From Candidatus Fermentibacteraceae bacterium (GTDB taxonomy: Bacteria; Fermentibacterota; Fermentibacteria; Fermentibacterales; JCC-6), in NCBI GenBank assembly GCA_027067855.1, contig JAMOUX010000026.1:16473-80472 (forward strand): a stretch of 64,000 nucleotides of DNA. The letters run 5' to 3'. Shown piece after piece: positions 26,142-37,204 of this stretch. A program made the position numbers and the translations under genes. The first letter of the stretch is position 1; each line of letters opens with the position of its first letter. Under the pieces are notes generated by a model. That model made no database searches, was not told the origin of the DNA, and saw nothing but the letters and a program-made list of their open reading frames with translations.

Positions 26142-29100
26142 CTACACGAAATGAAGTCCCCCGTTCCCGGAAAGCCCGCTCTTCCCCGAAATGAACCTCA
26201 ATAAACTCTTCTTCAATTTGTCCGGCCTGTCCGCCAACGACCTGATGTAGAGCCTGGCCCTGCCGTTGCTCCACAATTCGTCTATCAATTGTATCAACTC
26301 ACTGTCCCTGCTCACCGCCTCAAGCAACGATTGGTGGGCTTCCACCAGGGAAAGCAGGTCGGTTCTCGTATTGTCCTGGGTCCACTTTATCAGGATGGCA
26401 ACAGTATTGGCGTTGTCCCTGTACTTCCTGCGCATTCCCAGGCTTATGGTTCCCGCTTCCTCCGCAGTGAGTTCACCGGTCCTGGTGCTTATCTCTATGA
26501 AGAACTGCACCACCGTTTCCACGGCGTCTCTCGCCGCATCCACAACCGAAGCGGGTTTCGGAGCCTCGGGATTGAAGAGCCAGATGCGATCCATGGCGGA
26601 GCGTACGGATTTTATCTCAGAAGGTTTTCTTTTCAGTATCCTGGATTCCAGGGTCGAGAAAATCTTCCCGTAGTATTTCATGAAGAGTATCTGGTCTTTT
26701 GCCGTCTTTTCTCCCGAAAGCCTGTCGAAAAGCCTGATGGAGATCTTCCTGCCCGGAGTGAAACCCGAAACGGCCTCCGCCGCTTTCTTGGTGGCTTTCC
26801 TCAGCCACATCAGCTTGTACACGTTCTTGTCCAGGTTCCTGACGGCTATGTCCACGTTCATGGGTCGTCCTCCCTCGCCGGTCGCAAGGGACTTCTCCAG
26901 CGCCTTCAGCACTATGGACGGGCTGAAATCGTCGTCTGTTCCGAGATAGTCGAGTATCGTCACGAACTCGTCCATCATCTGTTCTATCTTATCGAGACTC
27001 TTCTTGTCCATGCTCAACATGATGATGTCCAGAAGGATGTTCTCGAACGTACTGAAGACCCTGTTCCTCCAGCAATGACATGCGTTCTCGCCGGGAATGC
27101 ACGGCTGTTTCGCGAAATATTCCTCAACGGCCGGGGGCAGGTTATCCCGTTCCTCTCCGTCCGCCTGGAACTCCATCAGCCGTATCACCTCGATAGGTTC
27201 CCATTCCCCGGAAACTTTCAGGAATTCTTCCAGTTCCCGCCGGGAATCCACGTCGCTTCCCGCCTCTATCACTTCTCCGTAACCGTTTTCTATGAAACTC
27301 TCTATGAGTTTTCTGCCCTCTCTCAGCAGTATCCGCCTGTGCAGGAAGGACGATGCGAAAGGCTGTATCGATTCCAGGAGTTCGGACATGAACCCGGAAG
27401 ACGCCTCCCTGAGGTTACGCCATTCCTCGAGAAGCGCCGAGGCATCGAATTTTTCTGCGAAACCCGAGTACTCCGCTCCATCCCGGGCGGCCTTTCTCGC
27501 AAATTCTCCAAGAAGTTCCGTTTCCAGCTTCCCCGCCACCCATGAAAGAAAAGGAGCCCCCGCGGGTTCGCCGTACTTGGAAGAAACGGTGAGTTCCGAC
27601 AATTTCTCGAGGTATGCCTCTATACCCCGGGGATCGTCGGCGTCGAGTTCCGCCACCAGGGGGATTATTTTCCCGAAGAACAGCGTGGCGGTCTTGAGCT
27701 GCCACAGAGCCACTTCACTGTTCTCGGTCTCCTTCGAGGGGATGATGGTGTCTATGACTTTCCTAATGAACCCGCCGGTCAGCCTCTCGGCCACGAAGGG
27801 ATATTCTATAAGGGTCTTAACCAGCGCAGTGAGCCCTTCCGAGAGGAACTTGCCGAAGATTCTCTGCCCGGTCTTCTCTATCCAGACCGCCTGCTGGGAC
27901 AGGGTGTCGCAAATGATCCTCGCCGTTCTGATGATGTCGGCGGCGCCCTGCTTCTCTATTCCGGGAATCCTGAGGAGATTTTCCATGGTCTTCTTAAGAG
28001 CCTGGCTGCGATCCTCCGCCCTGAAGAGTTTTCCCAGTATTTCGGTCTCTTCCTCGCGCAGCTGTTCTATGCTCATATCCTTGTTGTAGATGATCACGCC
28101 GCTGGACACCAGTTCCTCAAAAACCGGATCCGCCGTCCCGGTTTCCAGGATAAGGGGAGCCATCACCTTGTCCATGAACCTGCCCCTCAGCTCCTCCCTG
28201 CTTACTTCTCCCAGGGTCCGCAGGACTATTTCGGCCGCTTCTACGGTATCCTCCACCAGGGGGGCGATCCATTCGGTTTGTTCTCCTTCAAGAAGCCTTC
28301 TCCTGTAACTCTCGTCCAGCAATCCCAGTATTCCCGTGAACACTTCGCAACGTTTCAGCAAATCGTTGAAACCTACATTGTTCGAAACCCTTATCAGGAA
28401 AACCAGCGTCGTCAGCAAACCGTCCCGATCCACGGAAATTCCCTCTATATAATCGGAAAGCGCCTCAATATCGGCTCCGGGATCGTCGGACTTCAGGATA
28501 GAATCGAGAAGTTTTCCGAGGGAATTCACTATCCGTTTCATCTCCCCGGGATCTTCCTTGTCCTCGAGGAAGGAAAGGGCCACTGGGATGAACTTCACGA
28601 AATACCCGGTCTTGTGAGTCAATGCGTACTTTTTCCCGCTGCGCTCCTCCGCGAGTTTCGATATCAGGAAGATTCTGCCCGCCTTGCCACTCTCCTTCAG
28701 CAGATCAATAATCTCCCTGTAGTCGACGTAACTCGCCGAATCAGCTCCCGTGAAGAGCACCATCTCGGCCACCAGCCTGCCGTATTCGATGGGGGTTCCG
28801 ACTCCCGGCCCGGGGAGTGCCGTAACTTCCAGGCATATCTTCTGTTCGGCCTTGCAGCGCAGGGTCTTGACCGCGAAATCGCTGAGCCTGTCCCGAATTT
28901 CCCCGGTCTCCTCCGGCATGAGACCGGGTCGTATTTCGGCAACGAGATCGTTCATGGCTCCATTTACCAGGTTTTCCAGTTCCCCGCTCTCTTCCAGCCT
29001 TCCCAGGAATCCCGCCAGGACCTTGATGGATTCCATGGGCATGGTAAATCCCCGCATCTTTTTGAAAAGGGCTTCTCCGGTACGGCTTATGGACCGCCAC

Positions 29101-29723
29101 ACCGGGAGTTCCTCGTCCGCCAGGAGGTACCACCCTGTTTCCATGGCAAAATCCAGCAGTACTTCCCCGATCTCGGAACCCGTGTCGTCTATGACTTCCA
29201 CCGCACGGTCCAGAGCACGGATAACGTTGACTCCCACTATTCTGCTACGCTCCAGCATGAACGGAAACCGTTCCGGCCACCTTATTCCCTTATCCACCAG
29301 GCTTTCCATTTTGGCCACGTCGGTCTCTACGTCGGAGAGCACCTCGAGTACCTTGAACATCAGGGCCAGGAGTTCATCAAAATCGATGCCCGTCGCCGGA
29401 CCTATCTGGTTCCACACCCAGCCCAACCTGAAAAATTCCTCGACCGCCGGCTCCACCGCGTTCCCCGGCAGGTTGGTAAGGGCATTGAACCATCCCACGG
29501 CGTAATCCTCCCGCACAGGGGGAGGTGATACCATCTTAGCCAGGTTGTCCAGGAGTCTCACGGCATCCTTGTATTTGATCGAGGAGAGAAGCGCGGACAG
29601 GGATTCCCCCGCCCTGGTCCACTGGTCGTGGAAGATCGTCAGGGACATTACGAGACCCTTCATCTCCGGGGATACCAAGGCATTCGGGGTTTTCTTGCCG
29701 GGCAGGGTGAACCCCGTTCCCAC
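26142..29723 (-). CDS. Large (1193 aa) hypothetical soluble alpha-helical protein, no recognisable domain
   Basis: Single uninterrupted ORF with codon usage like its neighbours. No P-loop and no TM helices. One Cys cluster (CIPGENACHCW). Lies 75 bp downstream of gyrA on the same strand. Confidence 0.55.
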   Translation of the reverse strand: MGTGFTLPGKKTPNALVSPEMKGLVMSLTIFHDQWTRAGESLSALLSSIKYKDAVRLLDNLAKMVSPPPVREDYAVGWFNALTNLPGNAVEPAVEEFFRLGWVWNQIGPATGIDFDELLALMFKVLEVLSDVETDVAKMESLVDKGIRWPERFPFMLERSRIVGVNVIRALDRAVEVIDDTGSEIGEVLLDFAMETGWYLLADEELPVWRSISRTGEALFKKMRGFTMPMESIKVLAGFLGRLEESGELENLVNGAMNDLVAEIRPGLMPEETGEIRDRLSDFAVKTLRCKAEQKICLEVTALPGPGVGTPIEYGRLVAEMVLFTGADSASYVDYREIIDLLKESGKAGRIFLISKLAEERSGKKYALTHKTGYFVKFIPVALSFLEDKEDPGEMKRIVNSLGKLLDSILKSDDPGADIEALSDYIEGISVDRDGLLTTLVFLIRVSNNVGFNDLLKRCEVFTGILGLLDESYRRRLLEGEQTEWIAPLVEDTVEAAEIVLRTLGEVSREELRGRFMDKVMAPLILETGTADPVFEELVSSGVIIYNKDMSIEQLREEETEILGKLFRAEDRSQALKKTMENLLRIPGIEKQGAADIIRTARIICDTLSQQAVWIEKTGQRIFGKFLSEGLTALVKTLIEYPFVAERLTGGFIRKVIDTIIPSKETENSEVALWQLKTATLFFGKIIPLVAELDADDPRGIEAYLEKLSELTVSSKYGEPAGAPFLSWVAGKLETELLGEFARKAARDGAEYSGFAEKFDASALLEEWRNLREASSGFMSELLESIQPFASSFLHRRILLREGRKLIESFIENGYGEVIEAGSDVDSRRELEEFLKVSGEWEPIEVIRLMEFQADGEERDNLPPAVEEYFAKQPCIPGENACHCWRNRVFSTFENILLDIIMLSMDKKSLDKIEQMMDEFVTILDYLGTDDDFSPSIVLKALEKSLATGEGGRPMNVDIAVRNLDKNVYKLMWLRKATKKAAEAVSGFTPGRKISIRLFDRLSGEKTAKDQILFMKYYGKIFSTLESRILKRKPSEIKSVRSAMDRIWLFNPEAPKPASVVDAARDAVETVVQFFIEISTRTGELTAEEAGTISLGMRRKYRDNANTVAILIKWTQDNTRTDLLSLVEAHQSLLEAVSRDSELIQLIDELWSNGRARLYIRSLADRPDKLKKSLLRFISGKSGLSGNGGLHFV

Positions 29724-29797
29724 CTGCGGAGGCTTGGAAGCTCGGGTGCCGTTCTCCCGGCACCATTCCTCTATCTCGAGGATAATGTCTTCCAGGC

Positions 29798-32290
29798 CTA
29801 TCTCTCCACCTCCGTCCGGTTTTCCTCAATATCTCCGCCGGCCTCGCCGCGCAACACGGCGGCATCCACCACGCGATCGTCTTCGGGAAGGTTCATCAGC
29901 TTCACTCCCATGGTGCTCCTGCCCGTTTCCCTCACCTGCGAAACCGGCATTCTTATCACCATTCCCGAAGCTGAAACCAGTATCAGTTCGTCGTCGTCCG
30001 ATACTTCCATTATGGAAATTACCGGTCCGTTTCTCTCTATGTTCCTGATATTTATTATCCCCGCACTACCCCGGTGCGTGAGCCTGTACTCTTCCGAGAA
30101 CGTGCGCTTTCCGTATCCCCCCTCCGTTATCGTCAGGAGGCTTCCCGGTTCGTCCATCACCACCATTCCGACAAGTCTGTCGCCCTTCTCCACCTTGATG
30201 CCGCGTACTCCCCTGGTGTAACGCCCCATAGGACGTATTTCCTTCTCCTCGAACCTGTTGGCCTTACCGTTGGCCAAGGCGAGGAAGACCTTGCTGGATC
30301 CGCTGGTGAGAACGGCGGATACAAGCTCCGCTCCTTCTTCGAGTTTTATCGCCCAGATACCGTCACGCCTGGGACGGCTGTACGCCGAAAGGGAAGTCTT
30401 CTTGACCACCCCGTCGCTGGTAGCCATGAGTATGTACCTGCCGGGATCGAAGTCCTTGACGCACACACCGGCTACGGGCCTCTCCCCGGACTTCATATCC
30501 AGGAGGTTCACTATCGCCTTGCCCTTGCTCGTCCTGCCTACTTCGGGAATCCTGTATACCTTCAGCCAGTAGCACCGTCCCATGTTGGTGAAAAACAGGA
30601 TGAAACTGTGGTTCGAGGCCACCAGGACCTGCTCTATGAAATCGCCATCCTTCGTCGCGGCGCCGGTTATTCCCCTGCCTCCCCTGTGCTGGCTCCTGTA
30701 TGTGTCTACGGGAAGCCGTTTGACGTACCCTTTCCTCGAAACGGTTATCACCATCTCGTCGTCGGGAACCAGGTCTTCTATTTCCAGATCCTCCGCCGTA
30801 CCCTCCTCTATGAACGTCTTCCTGGGTTGTCCGAACCGCTCGGCGATTTCTCCGAGTTCCTCCGATACGACCTCCATCCTCAGCTTTCTGCTGGCATCGA
30901 GTCGCTCGAGTCTTCTCATCCGCTCGCGAAGTTCCCGGAACTCTTTTTCCAGTTCCCTCCGTTCCAGGCCTGCAAGTTTCTTCAACCTCATGTCGAGAAT
31001 GGCCTGGGCCTGTATCTCCGAAAAACCGAAGACCTCCACCAGCCTGCGTTTCGCCTCTTCACCGCTCCCGGACGATTTGATTATCGCTATGACCTCGTCT
31101 ATGGATTCCTGGGCTTTGAGCAGCCCTTCCACTATGTGGGCCCGGGCCCGGGTCTTCTCCAGATCGTACGCGACCCTGCGTCTTATTACATCGTGCCTGT
31201 GCTCCAGGTAACGCCGGATAAGTTCCCGGAGCCCGAGTCTCCTGGGAGTACCGTCGCAAAGGGCAAGAAAATTGGAACCGAACGTTTTTTCCAGGGCCGT
31301 ATGCTTATAGAGTTGGTTCAGAATGATTTCGGGAACGGCGTCCTTCTTGAGCTCCACAACCACCCGCATCCCGGTTCTGTCCGATTCGTCCCTGAGATCG
31401 GCTATGGCGGTTATCTTCTTCTTGCGGACGAGGTCGGCTATATTCTCTATGAACTTCGTCTTGTTAACCTGGTAAGGTATTTCCGTAATTACAAGGGCAT
31501 CCCGTCCCTTGGACGTTTTTTCCACGGTAACTTTTCCACGGACCCTTATCGAACCCCGGCCTCTCAGGTAGCTCTCTCTTATCCCGGCGGTACCGTAAAT
31601 AATGCCGCCCGTAGGAAAGTCCGGCCCCTTCACTATTTCGAAGAGTTCTTCATCGGATATCTCCCGGTCATCTATCATCCTGCGGCAGGCCTCGACAACC
31701 TCCGCGAGATTGTGAGGAGGGATATTGGTCGCCATACCCACGGCGATTCCCGAAGATCCGTTCACCAGCAGGTTCGGAAAGGCCGAAGGCAATATGGACG
31801 GTTCCTTGAGGCGGGCATCGAAGTTGGGAACCATGTCCACCGTGTTCTTGTCGATATCCCTCAGCATCTCCTCGCCTATCGCGGATATCCGTGCCTCGGT
31901 GTAACGGTACGCCGCCGCAGGGTCCCCGTCTATGGATCCGAAGTTCCCCTGGCCGTCCACCAGGGGATGCAACAGGGAAAAATCCTGCGCCATACGCACC
32001 ATCGAATCGTACACCGCCGCGTCGCCGTGGGGGTGATACTTTCCCAGAACATCGCCCACCACCGTCGCCGATTTCCTGTAAGGCCTCTTGTGGGTGAGAT
32101 TCTGTTCGTACATCGAGTAGAGAATCCGGCGATGAACCGGTTTGAGACCGTCCCTGACGTCCGGAAGCGCCCTGGAAACGATAACGCTCATGGAATAGTC
32201 CAGGTAGGAGCGTTTCATCTCCTCTTCTATGTCGATGTACTCTGTCTTCCCGACGGGCGAGTATTTCGTGTCTTCGGGTCTGCTGCTCAT
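29798..32290 (-). CDS. gyrA: DNA gyrase subunit A
   Basis: [19 protein letters not shown]...[10 protein letters not shown]... is the canonical GyrA N-terminus. 830 aa. Confidence 0.95.
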   Translation of the reverse strand: MSSRPEDTKYSPVGKTEYIDIEEEMKRSYLDYSMSVIVSRALPDVRDGLKPVHRRILYSMYEQNLTHKRPYRKSATVVGDVLGKYHPHGDAAVYDSMVRMAQDFSLLHPLVDGQGNFGSIDGDPAAAYRYTEARISAIGEEMLRDIDKNTVDMVPNFDARLKEPSILPSAFPNLLVNGSSGIAVGMATNIPPHNLAEVVEACRRMIDDREISDEELFEIVKGPDFPTGGIIYGTAGIRESYLRGRGSIRVRGKVTVEKTSKGRDALVITEIPYQVNKTKFIENIADLVRKKKITAIADLRDESDRTGMRVVVELKKDAVPEIILNQLYKHTALEKTFGSNFLALCDGTPRRLGLRELIRRYLEHRHDVIRRRVAYDLEKTRARAHIVEGLLKAQESIDEVIAIIKSSGSGEEAKRRLVEVFGFSEIQAQAILDMRLKKLAGLERRELEKEFRELRERMRRLERLDASRKLRMEVVSEELGEIAERFGQPRKTFIEEGTAEDLEIEDLVPDDEMVITVSRKGYVKRLPVDTYRSQHRGGRGITGAATKDGDFIEQVLVASNHSFILFFTNMGRCYWLKVYRIPEVGRTSKGKAIVNLLDMKSGERPVAGVCVKDFDPGRYILMATSDGVVKKTSLSAYSRPRRDGIWAIKLEEGAELVSAVLTSGSSKVFLALANGKANRFEEKEIRPMGRYTRGVRGIKVEKGDRLVGMVVMDEPGSLLTITEGGYGKRTFSEEYRLTHRGSAGIINIRNIERNGPVISIMEVSDDDELILVSASGMVIRMPVSQVRETGRSTMGVKLMNLPEDDRVVDAAVLRGEAGGDIEENRTEVER

Positions 32291-32305
32291 TTCGGGCGAT
32301 TCTCC

Positions 32306-34234
32306 TTATACGTCCAGGTTCACCACTTCGGCGGCGTGTTTCTGTATGAATTCCCGCCTGGGCTCCACGTCATCTCCCATCAGCACCGAGAAGATATGAC
32401 TCGCCTCGATGGCATTCTCCAGCCTTACCTGTAACAATTTTCTTCTCTCGGGATCCATGGTCGTCGCCCAGAGCTGCTCCGGGTTCATCTCTCCCAGCCC
32501 CTTGTACCTCTGCACAACGACGCCGTCTTCTCCCATCTCCCGCACGTATCTGTGCCTCTCGTCGTCGTTGAAGGCGTAACGCTTCTTCGAGCCCTTCCTC
32601 AACATGTAGAGCGGCGGCTGGGCTATGTACACGTACCCTTCTTCTATCAATTCCGGCATGTGCCTGTAGAAAAACGTGAGAAGAAGAGTTCTTATGTGAG
32701 AGCCGTCCACATCCGCGTCCGTCATTATGATGATCTTGTGGTATCTCAGGTTAGCTATATCGAAATCTTCCTCTATACCCGTGCCGGCTGCCGTGATTAT
32801 CGTTCTTATCTCGTTGTTGTTAAGTACTTTGGTAAGCTGAGCCTTCTCCACGTTTATTATCTTGCCCCGCAAAGGAAGCACCGCCTGGAAGAACCTGTTC
32901 CTGCCCTGCTTGGCGGAACCTCCCGCCGAATTGCCCTCGACGATGAAAAGCTCCGCTTTCTCCGGATCGTCTATCGAGCAGTCGGCCAGCTTGCCGGGAA
33001 GAGTCGCCGTCTCGAGAGCGGATTTTCTCCTTGTGAGTTCCCTGGCCTTTTTGGCCGCCTGCCTGGAGCTGTTGTTGAGAAGGCATTTCTGCACGATCCG
33101 CCTGGCCACGGAGGGATTTTCCTCCAGGAATGTAGCGAGATCCCTGCTGACCAGGGAAGAAACCGCGCCCTGGATATTCCTGTTGCCCAGCCTGGTCTTG
33201 GTTTGTCCTTCGAACTGCGGATTGGGCACCTTCACGCTGATCACCGCCGCCAAGCCTTCCCGCACGTCGCTTCCGTTGAAGGTGATGTCCTTGTTTCCCG
33301 TCAGCTTGTTTTGAACGGCGTACTCGTTGAGAGTTCTCGTCAGCGCCGATTTCATACCGGAAAGATGCGTACCACCGTCGATGGTATTTATGTTGTTCAC
33401 GAAACTGAAGATATCCTCCTGGAAAGCAGTGTTGTACTGGAGCGCCACGTCGATAAGCACGACGCCCTCCTTCCCCAGGTCGGCTTCTCCCGTTATCCTC
33501 ACGGGATCGTGCAGGGTCGTGTGAGCCTCGTTTATATACGCCACGAAGGAACTGAGGCCTCCCTCGAAATGGAATTCCTCCTTCTCGTTCCCACCTTCCC
33601 TGAGATCGGTTATGACGAGCCGGAGATCATCGTTGAGATATGCCAGTTCTCTCAGTCTCTTCTTCAATGTCTGCGTGTTGAATCCGATTTCCTCGAATAT
33701 TTCCCCGTAGTCCGGCATGAACCTTACCATGGTACCCGTAGAAGAGGTTTCTCCGACCACTTCCTGGGAAGACACCGGTACGCCTCTCCTGAATTCCTGC
33801 CGGTAGATCTTCCCGTTTTTTCGGACTTCAACCACGAGCCATTTCGACAACGCGTTCACGACGCTTACTCCCACCCCGTGTAACCCGCCGGATGTTTTGT
33901 AGGCTTCGTCGTCGAACTTTCCGCCGGCATGAAGGGTGGTCATCACCACTTCCAGCGCAGGTTTCCCGCTGCTGTGCATCCCCACGGGAATTCCCCTGCC
34001 GTCGTCGGTCACGGAAACGGATCCGTCATCGTGAAGCACCACGTCTATTCTGGTGCAGTACCCCGCCTGGGCCTCATCGATGCTGTTGTCCACCACTTCC
34101 CACACCAGGTGATGCAGGCCCGCCTGGGACGTGGATCCGATGTACATGCTGGGCCTCTTGCGCACATGCTCGAGCCCCTTCAGAACCTTTATGGAACTGG
34201 CGTCGTACGTTACATTGTCCCGTTCAGATTTCAC
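32306..34234 (-). CDS. gyrB: DNA gyrase subunit B
   Basis: YDASSIKVLKGLEHVRKRPSMYIGST...LHHLVWEVVDNSIDEA is the canonical GyrB ATPase N-terminus. Confidence 0.95.
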   Translation of the reverse strand: MKSERDNVTYDASSIKVLKGLEHVRKRPSMYIGSTSQAGLHHLVWEVVDNSIDEAQAGYCTRIDVVLHDDGSVSVTDDGRGIPVGMHSSGKPALEVVMTTLHAGGKFDDEAYKTSGGLHGVGVSVVNALSKWLVVEVRKNGKIYRQEFRRGVPVSSQEVVGETSSTGTMVRFMPDYGEIFEEIGFNTQTLKKRLRELAYLNDDLRLVITDLREGGNEKEEFHFEGGLSSFVAYINEAHTTLHDPVRITGEADLGKEGVVLIDVALQYNTAFQEDIFSFVNNINTIDGGTHLSGMKSALTRTLNEYAVQNKLTGNKDITFNGSDVREGLAAVISVKVPNPQFEGQTKTRLGNRNIQGAVSSLVSRDLATFLEENPSVARRIVQKCLLNNSSRQAAKKARELTRRKSALETATLPGKLADCSIDDPEKAELFIVEGNSAGGSAKQGRNRFFQAVLPLRGKIINVEKAQLTKVLNNNEIRTIITAAGTGIEEDFDIANLRYHKIIIMTDADVDGSHIRTLLLTFFYRHMPELIEEGYVYIAQPPLYMLRKGSKKRYAFNDDERHRYVREMGEDGVVVQRYKGLGEMNPEQLWATTMDPERRKLLQVRLENAIEASHIFSVLMGDDVEPRREFIQKHAAEVVNLDV

Positions 34235-34237
34235 CAG

Positions 34238-34531
34238 TTAACCTTCCTCGTTTCCGGTCACCGTGCGTACGTCGACGAACAGTTCCCTCTTCCACCTGGT
34301 GTTGAGCACCGCCAGGATATTTTCTTTGCAGGTCCTTATCTCCATGGCGGCCGCCGGATGCCTGCATAACACCACCAACACCGGTCCGCCGTAATCCACA
34401 GGCGTGGTATAAGCGGCCAGATCTTCTCCCACCAGGTCCTTCCAGAGTTTCCTGACCGAACTCCTGTCGAAAAAGAGTTCCGGGTCACGGTTCCGTAAAA
34501 CCCTCGGCAGTATGTCCTTCAGTTTTTCCAT
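34238..34531 (-). CDS. DUF721 family protein (DciA-like, putative replicative helicase loader)
   Basis: A 97-aa protein between dnaN and gyrB, the conserved position of DUF721/DciA. Basic N-terminus. Confidence 0.55.
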   Translation of the reverse strand: MEKLKDILPRVLRNRDPELFFDRSSVRKLWKDLVGEDLAAYTTPVDYGGPVLVVLCRHPAAAMEIRTCKENILAVLNTRWKRELFVDVRTVTGNEEG

Positions 34532-34534
34532 TCC

Positions 34535-35656
34535 TCACGTTTCCTGGGTCCGGGAAAGTTTGACCGGCATTATCAGGGCAAGATGCCGCCAGCCGTCCCC
34601 GGGGTCCTTCGCATCCCTTATCAGTACGGCCGTGCCGGAATCCTTCATTTGAAGTTTAACCCGTTCGCAATCCATGTTCCGCAGGATTTCCATCAAAAAA
34701 CTGCAATTGAAACCTATCTGGAAAGGCCTGCCATGATACTCGGCCTGGAGTTCCTCCCTCGCTTCGCCTGCGTCGGAACTCTCCGCATGTACCATGACCT
34801 TTCCGGACTCCAGGGAAAACATCACCTGATGAGTGGAGGGATTCGCCATGGTGTTCACCCTGCGCAGGACGAGAATAAGCTCCTCCCGATCCAATTCCAG
34901 GTCACAATCATTATCCTTGGGAATCACCTTTTTGTAAGGAGGATACTCGCCGTCTATGGTCCTGCTGTAAATCTTCGTACCATCAAACTGGAACGAAATC
35001 TGGGATCCCTCGTGACGTATGAGAACATCGCCTTCACCGGAAAAACGGGCGAAAAGGTTCAGGGCCTTCTGGGTCACCAACGCCTTCAGCTCCACCGGTG
35101 ATACCAGATCGGGAACAAGCACCCTGCTCAACCTGTGGCCATCCGTCGCCACCATCTCGAAACCTTCCGCCCCGGTTTTCATGAGCGCACCGTTCAATGT
35201 CGCCCTGTAGTCATCCTTGGCGACCGCGTAGGACGTCACTTTTATCGCCCTTACCAACACGTCCACCGGGATTACCACCGGTTCGGTTCCCCCTTCCGTC
35301 GGAAGCGTGGGAAATTGTTCCTTGGAACTTCCGCTCAGGGTGAAAGAACCCTTTCCGCAACTTATGGTTATCCTGTTACCGGTTCCGCTGAAGCGTACCT
35401 CGCTTTCCGGAAGCTCCCGAACTATCTCGTGGAGTTTCTTCCCCGGAAGCAGCACCGCTCCGGGAGTGGACACGGAAGCGGGCAACCTCGTAACCACCGT
35501 CGTGTCCAGATCCGTAGCCGCCAATTCCAGCGAATCACCGTCGGTTTCCAGGAGAACATTTGTAAGGTAAGGCAGGCTGCTTCTCGTGGGAAGGGCGGAA
35601 GCAACCCGGTTCAGCCCCTTGAGAAGATCCGAGTGGTCGACGAGAAACTTGATCAT
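34535..35656 (-). CDS. dnaN: DNA polymerase III subunit beta (sliding clamp)
   Basis: MIKFLVDHSDLLKGLNRVASALPTRSSLPYLTNVLLETDGDSLELAATDLD... Confidence 0.9.
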   Translation of the reverse strand: MIKFLVDHSDLLKGLNRVASALPTRSSLPYLTNVLLETDGDSLELAATDLDTTVVTRLPASVSTPGAVLLPGKKLHEIVRELPESEVRFSGTGNRITISCGKGSFTLSGSSKEQFPTLPTEGGTEPVVIPVDVLVRAIKVTSYAVAKDDYRATLNGALMKTGAEGFEMVATDGHRLSRVLVPDLVSPVELKALVTQKALNLFARFSGEGDVLIRHEGSQISFQFDGTKIYSRTIDGEYPPYKKVIPKDNDCDLELDREELILVLRRVNTMANPSTHQVMFSLESGKVMVHAESSDAGEAREELQAEYHGRPFQIGFNCSFLMEILRNMDCERVKLQMKDSGTAVLIRDAKDPGDGWRHLALIMPVKLSRTQET

Positions 35657-35809
35657 GGGTTTTCCTCCAGCGTAACAAAGAAATACTTTCCATACGAAAA
35701 GACATTAGTAATTATACTCGTGTAAATGTGGACCTGCCATAAGCCGTGGTGCGATACTTGGACTTGCGATGTGCAAAACAGTGTCGGTATTCTCCGGGTA
35801 AGTCCATGG

Positions 35810-35857
35810 TTTTCCACCGGCATTGTTTTTCCACGTTTTTTCGCAGGGATTTCCACA
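35810..35857. promoter_or_regulatory. DnaA-box cluster in the dnaA-dnaN intergenic region (TTTTCCACC 35810-35818, TTTTCCACG 35827-35835, ATTTCCACA 35849-35857)
   Basis: Direct reading. An additional inverted TGTGGAC sits near 35730. Confidence 0.55.
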
Positions 35858-35860
35858 TGC

Positions 35861-37204
35861 TTAGAGGGAGTTGAGTTTTCTTTTTATATCTTCGATTTTC
35901 CTGTCAAGATCTCGGTCCGACTCCCTCAGTTCCTCTATCCGTTCGATGGAGTTCAAAACGGTGGAATGATCTCTTCCCGAGAAAAACGCTCCTATTTCTT
36001 TGAGCGACATCGAGGTCAATTCCCGCAGAAGTGTCATGGCCACCTGCCTGGGAATCAATATGTTTCTCTTCCTGTGTTTTCCCCTGAGCTGCGAAGGTGA
36101 GATGTTGAATTCCTCGGCCACCGCCGAGGTGATGGCTCCCGGAGTGAGTCTCCTGGAGATGGTTCCCAGCGTCGATTTTATTTCTTTCTCGGCGAGTTCC
36201 ATGTCTATGCGGCTGCCGGTCAACCTTGATATGGCGGCCAGGCGGTGAACCACTCCCGATAGCTGCCTGACGTTCTTGGTTATGGAAGCGGCTATGAAGT
36301 CCAGGACTTCCCTGTCGATCTCTATTCCCTCGTCTCTTACGAGAAGCATCAGGATGGCGAGCCTCGTTTCGAATTCCGGGGGTTTGATATCGGCGACCAG
36401 TCCCCACTGGAAGCGGCTTATGAGACGTTCGGGCAGATCCTTCAGCTCGTGGGGAGGCCTGTCGGAGGTGAGAACTATCTGCTTTTCCTGCTGGTGGAGT
36501 TCGTTGAACCTGTGGAAAAAAGCCTCCTGGGTTTCAACCTTGCCCTCGAGAAACTGAATGTCGTCCATGAGCAGGTAATCTATACCCTGGAAAAGTTTCC
36601 TGAACTTGGTGTAATCCTTTTGCAGGACGCAGTTTATGAAAGTTCCAACTACGAACTCCGTGGAGAGATACCTGAAAGTCATGCCGGATTCATCCTGCCT
36701 TATACTGTGCGCGATGGCCTGTATGAGATGCGTCTTACCGAGGCCGACGCCACCGTATATGAACAGAGGATTGTAAGTGCTGGAACCGGCATTACGGCTT
36801 ACTGCAAGAGCCCCGGCATGGGCCAGCTGGTTGTTCGGACCGACCACGAAATGGTCGAACGTGTAATTCGCCCGGAGAAACATGGAGTCGGAACCGGCGC
36901 CTCCGATACCGGGAGGAACGAAATCCTTCGACGACGGTCCGGGCTTGGCGGGATCGCCGATGAACTGGAGGGCGAGATCCGGCCTGCCGGACAAATCTCT
37001 CAGTATCTCCTCCATCATGGAGCCGAAACGGGACTTCGCGTGGCCCGCCACGAAGGAATTGCGAAACCTGATGACCATGAGGGTGCCGCTCATGTCTTCA
37101 AAAGAGGAACCTTTCAGCCAGGAGTCGAACTCGGTCTTGTCGAGATTTTTCTCGGCTTCCCCGAGACAAAGATTCCAGAGACTGGCGGGATCGAAGTTAT
37201 CCAT
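35861..37204 (-). CDS. dnaA: Chromosomal replication initiator protein DnaA
   Basis: Walker A GGVGLGKTHLIQAIAH. The C-terminal DNA-binding domain is typical of DnaA. Confidence 0.95.
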   Translation of the reverse strand: MDNFDPASLWNLCLGEAEKNLDKTEFDSWLKGSSFEDMSGTLMVIRFRNSFVAGHAKSRFGSMMEEILRDLSGRPDLALQFIGDPAKPGPSSKDFVPPGIGGAGSDSMFLRANYTFDHFVVGPNNQLAHAGALAVSRNAGSSTYNPLFIYGGVGLGKTHLIQAIAHSIRQDESGMTFRYLSTEFVVGTFINCVLQKDYTKFRKLFQGIDYLLMDDIQFLEGKVETQEAFFHRFNELHQQEKQIVLTSDRPPHELKDLPERLISRFQWGLVADIKPPEFETRLAILMLLVRDEGIEIDREVLDFIAASITKNVRQLSGVVHRLAAISRLTGSRIDMELAEKEIKSTLGTISRRLTPGAITSAVAEEFNISPSQLRGKHRKRNILIPRQVAMTLLRELTSMSLKEIGAFFSGRDHSTVLNSIERIEELRESDRDLDRKIEDIKRKLNSL

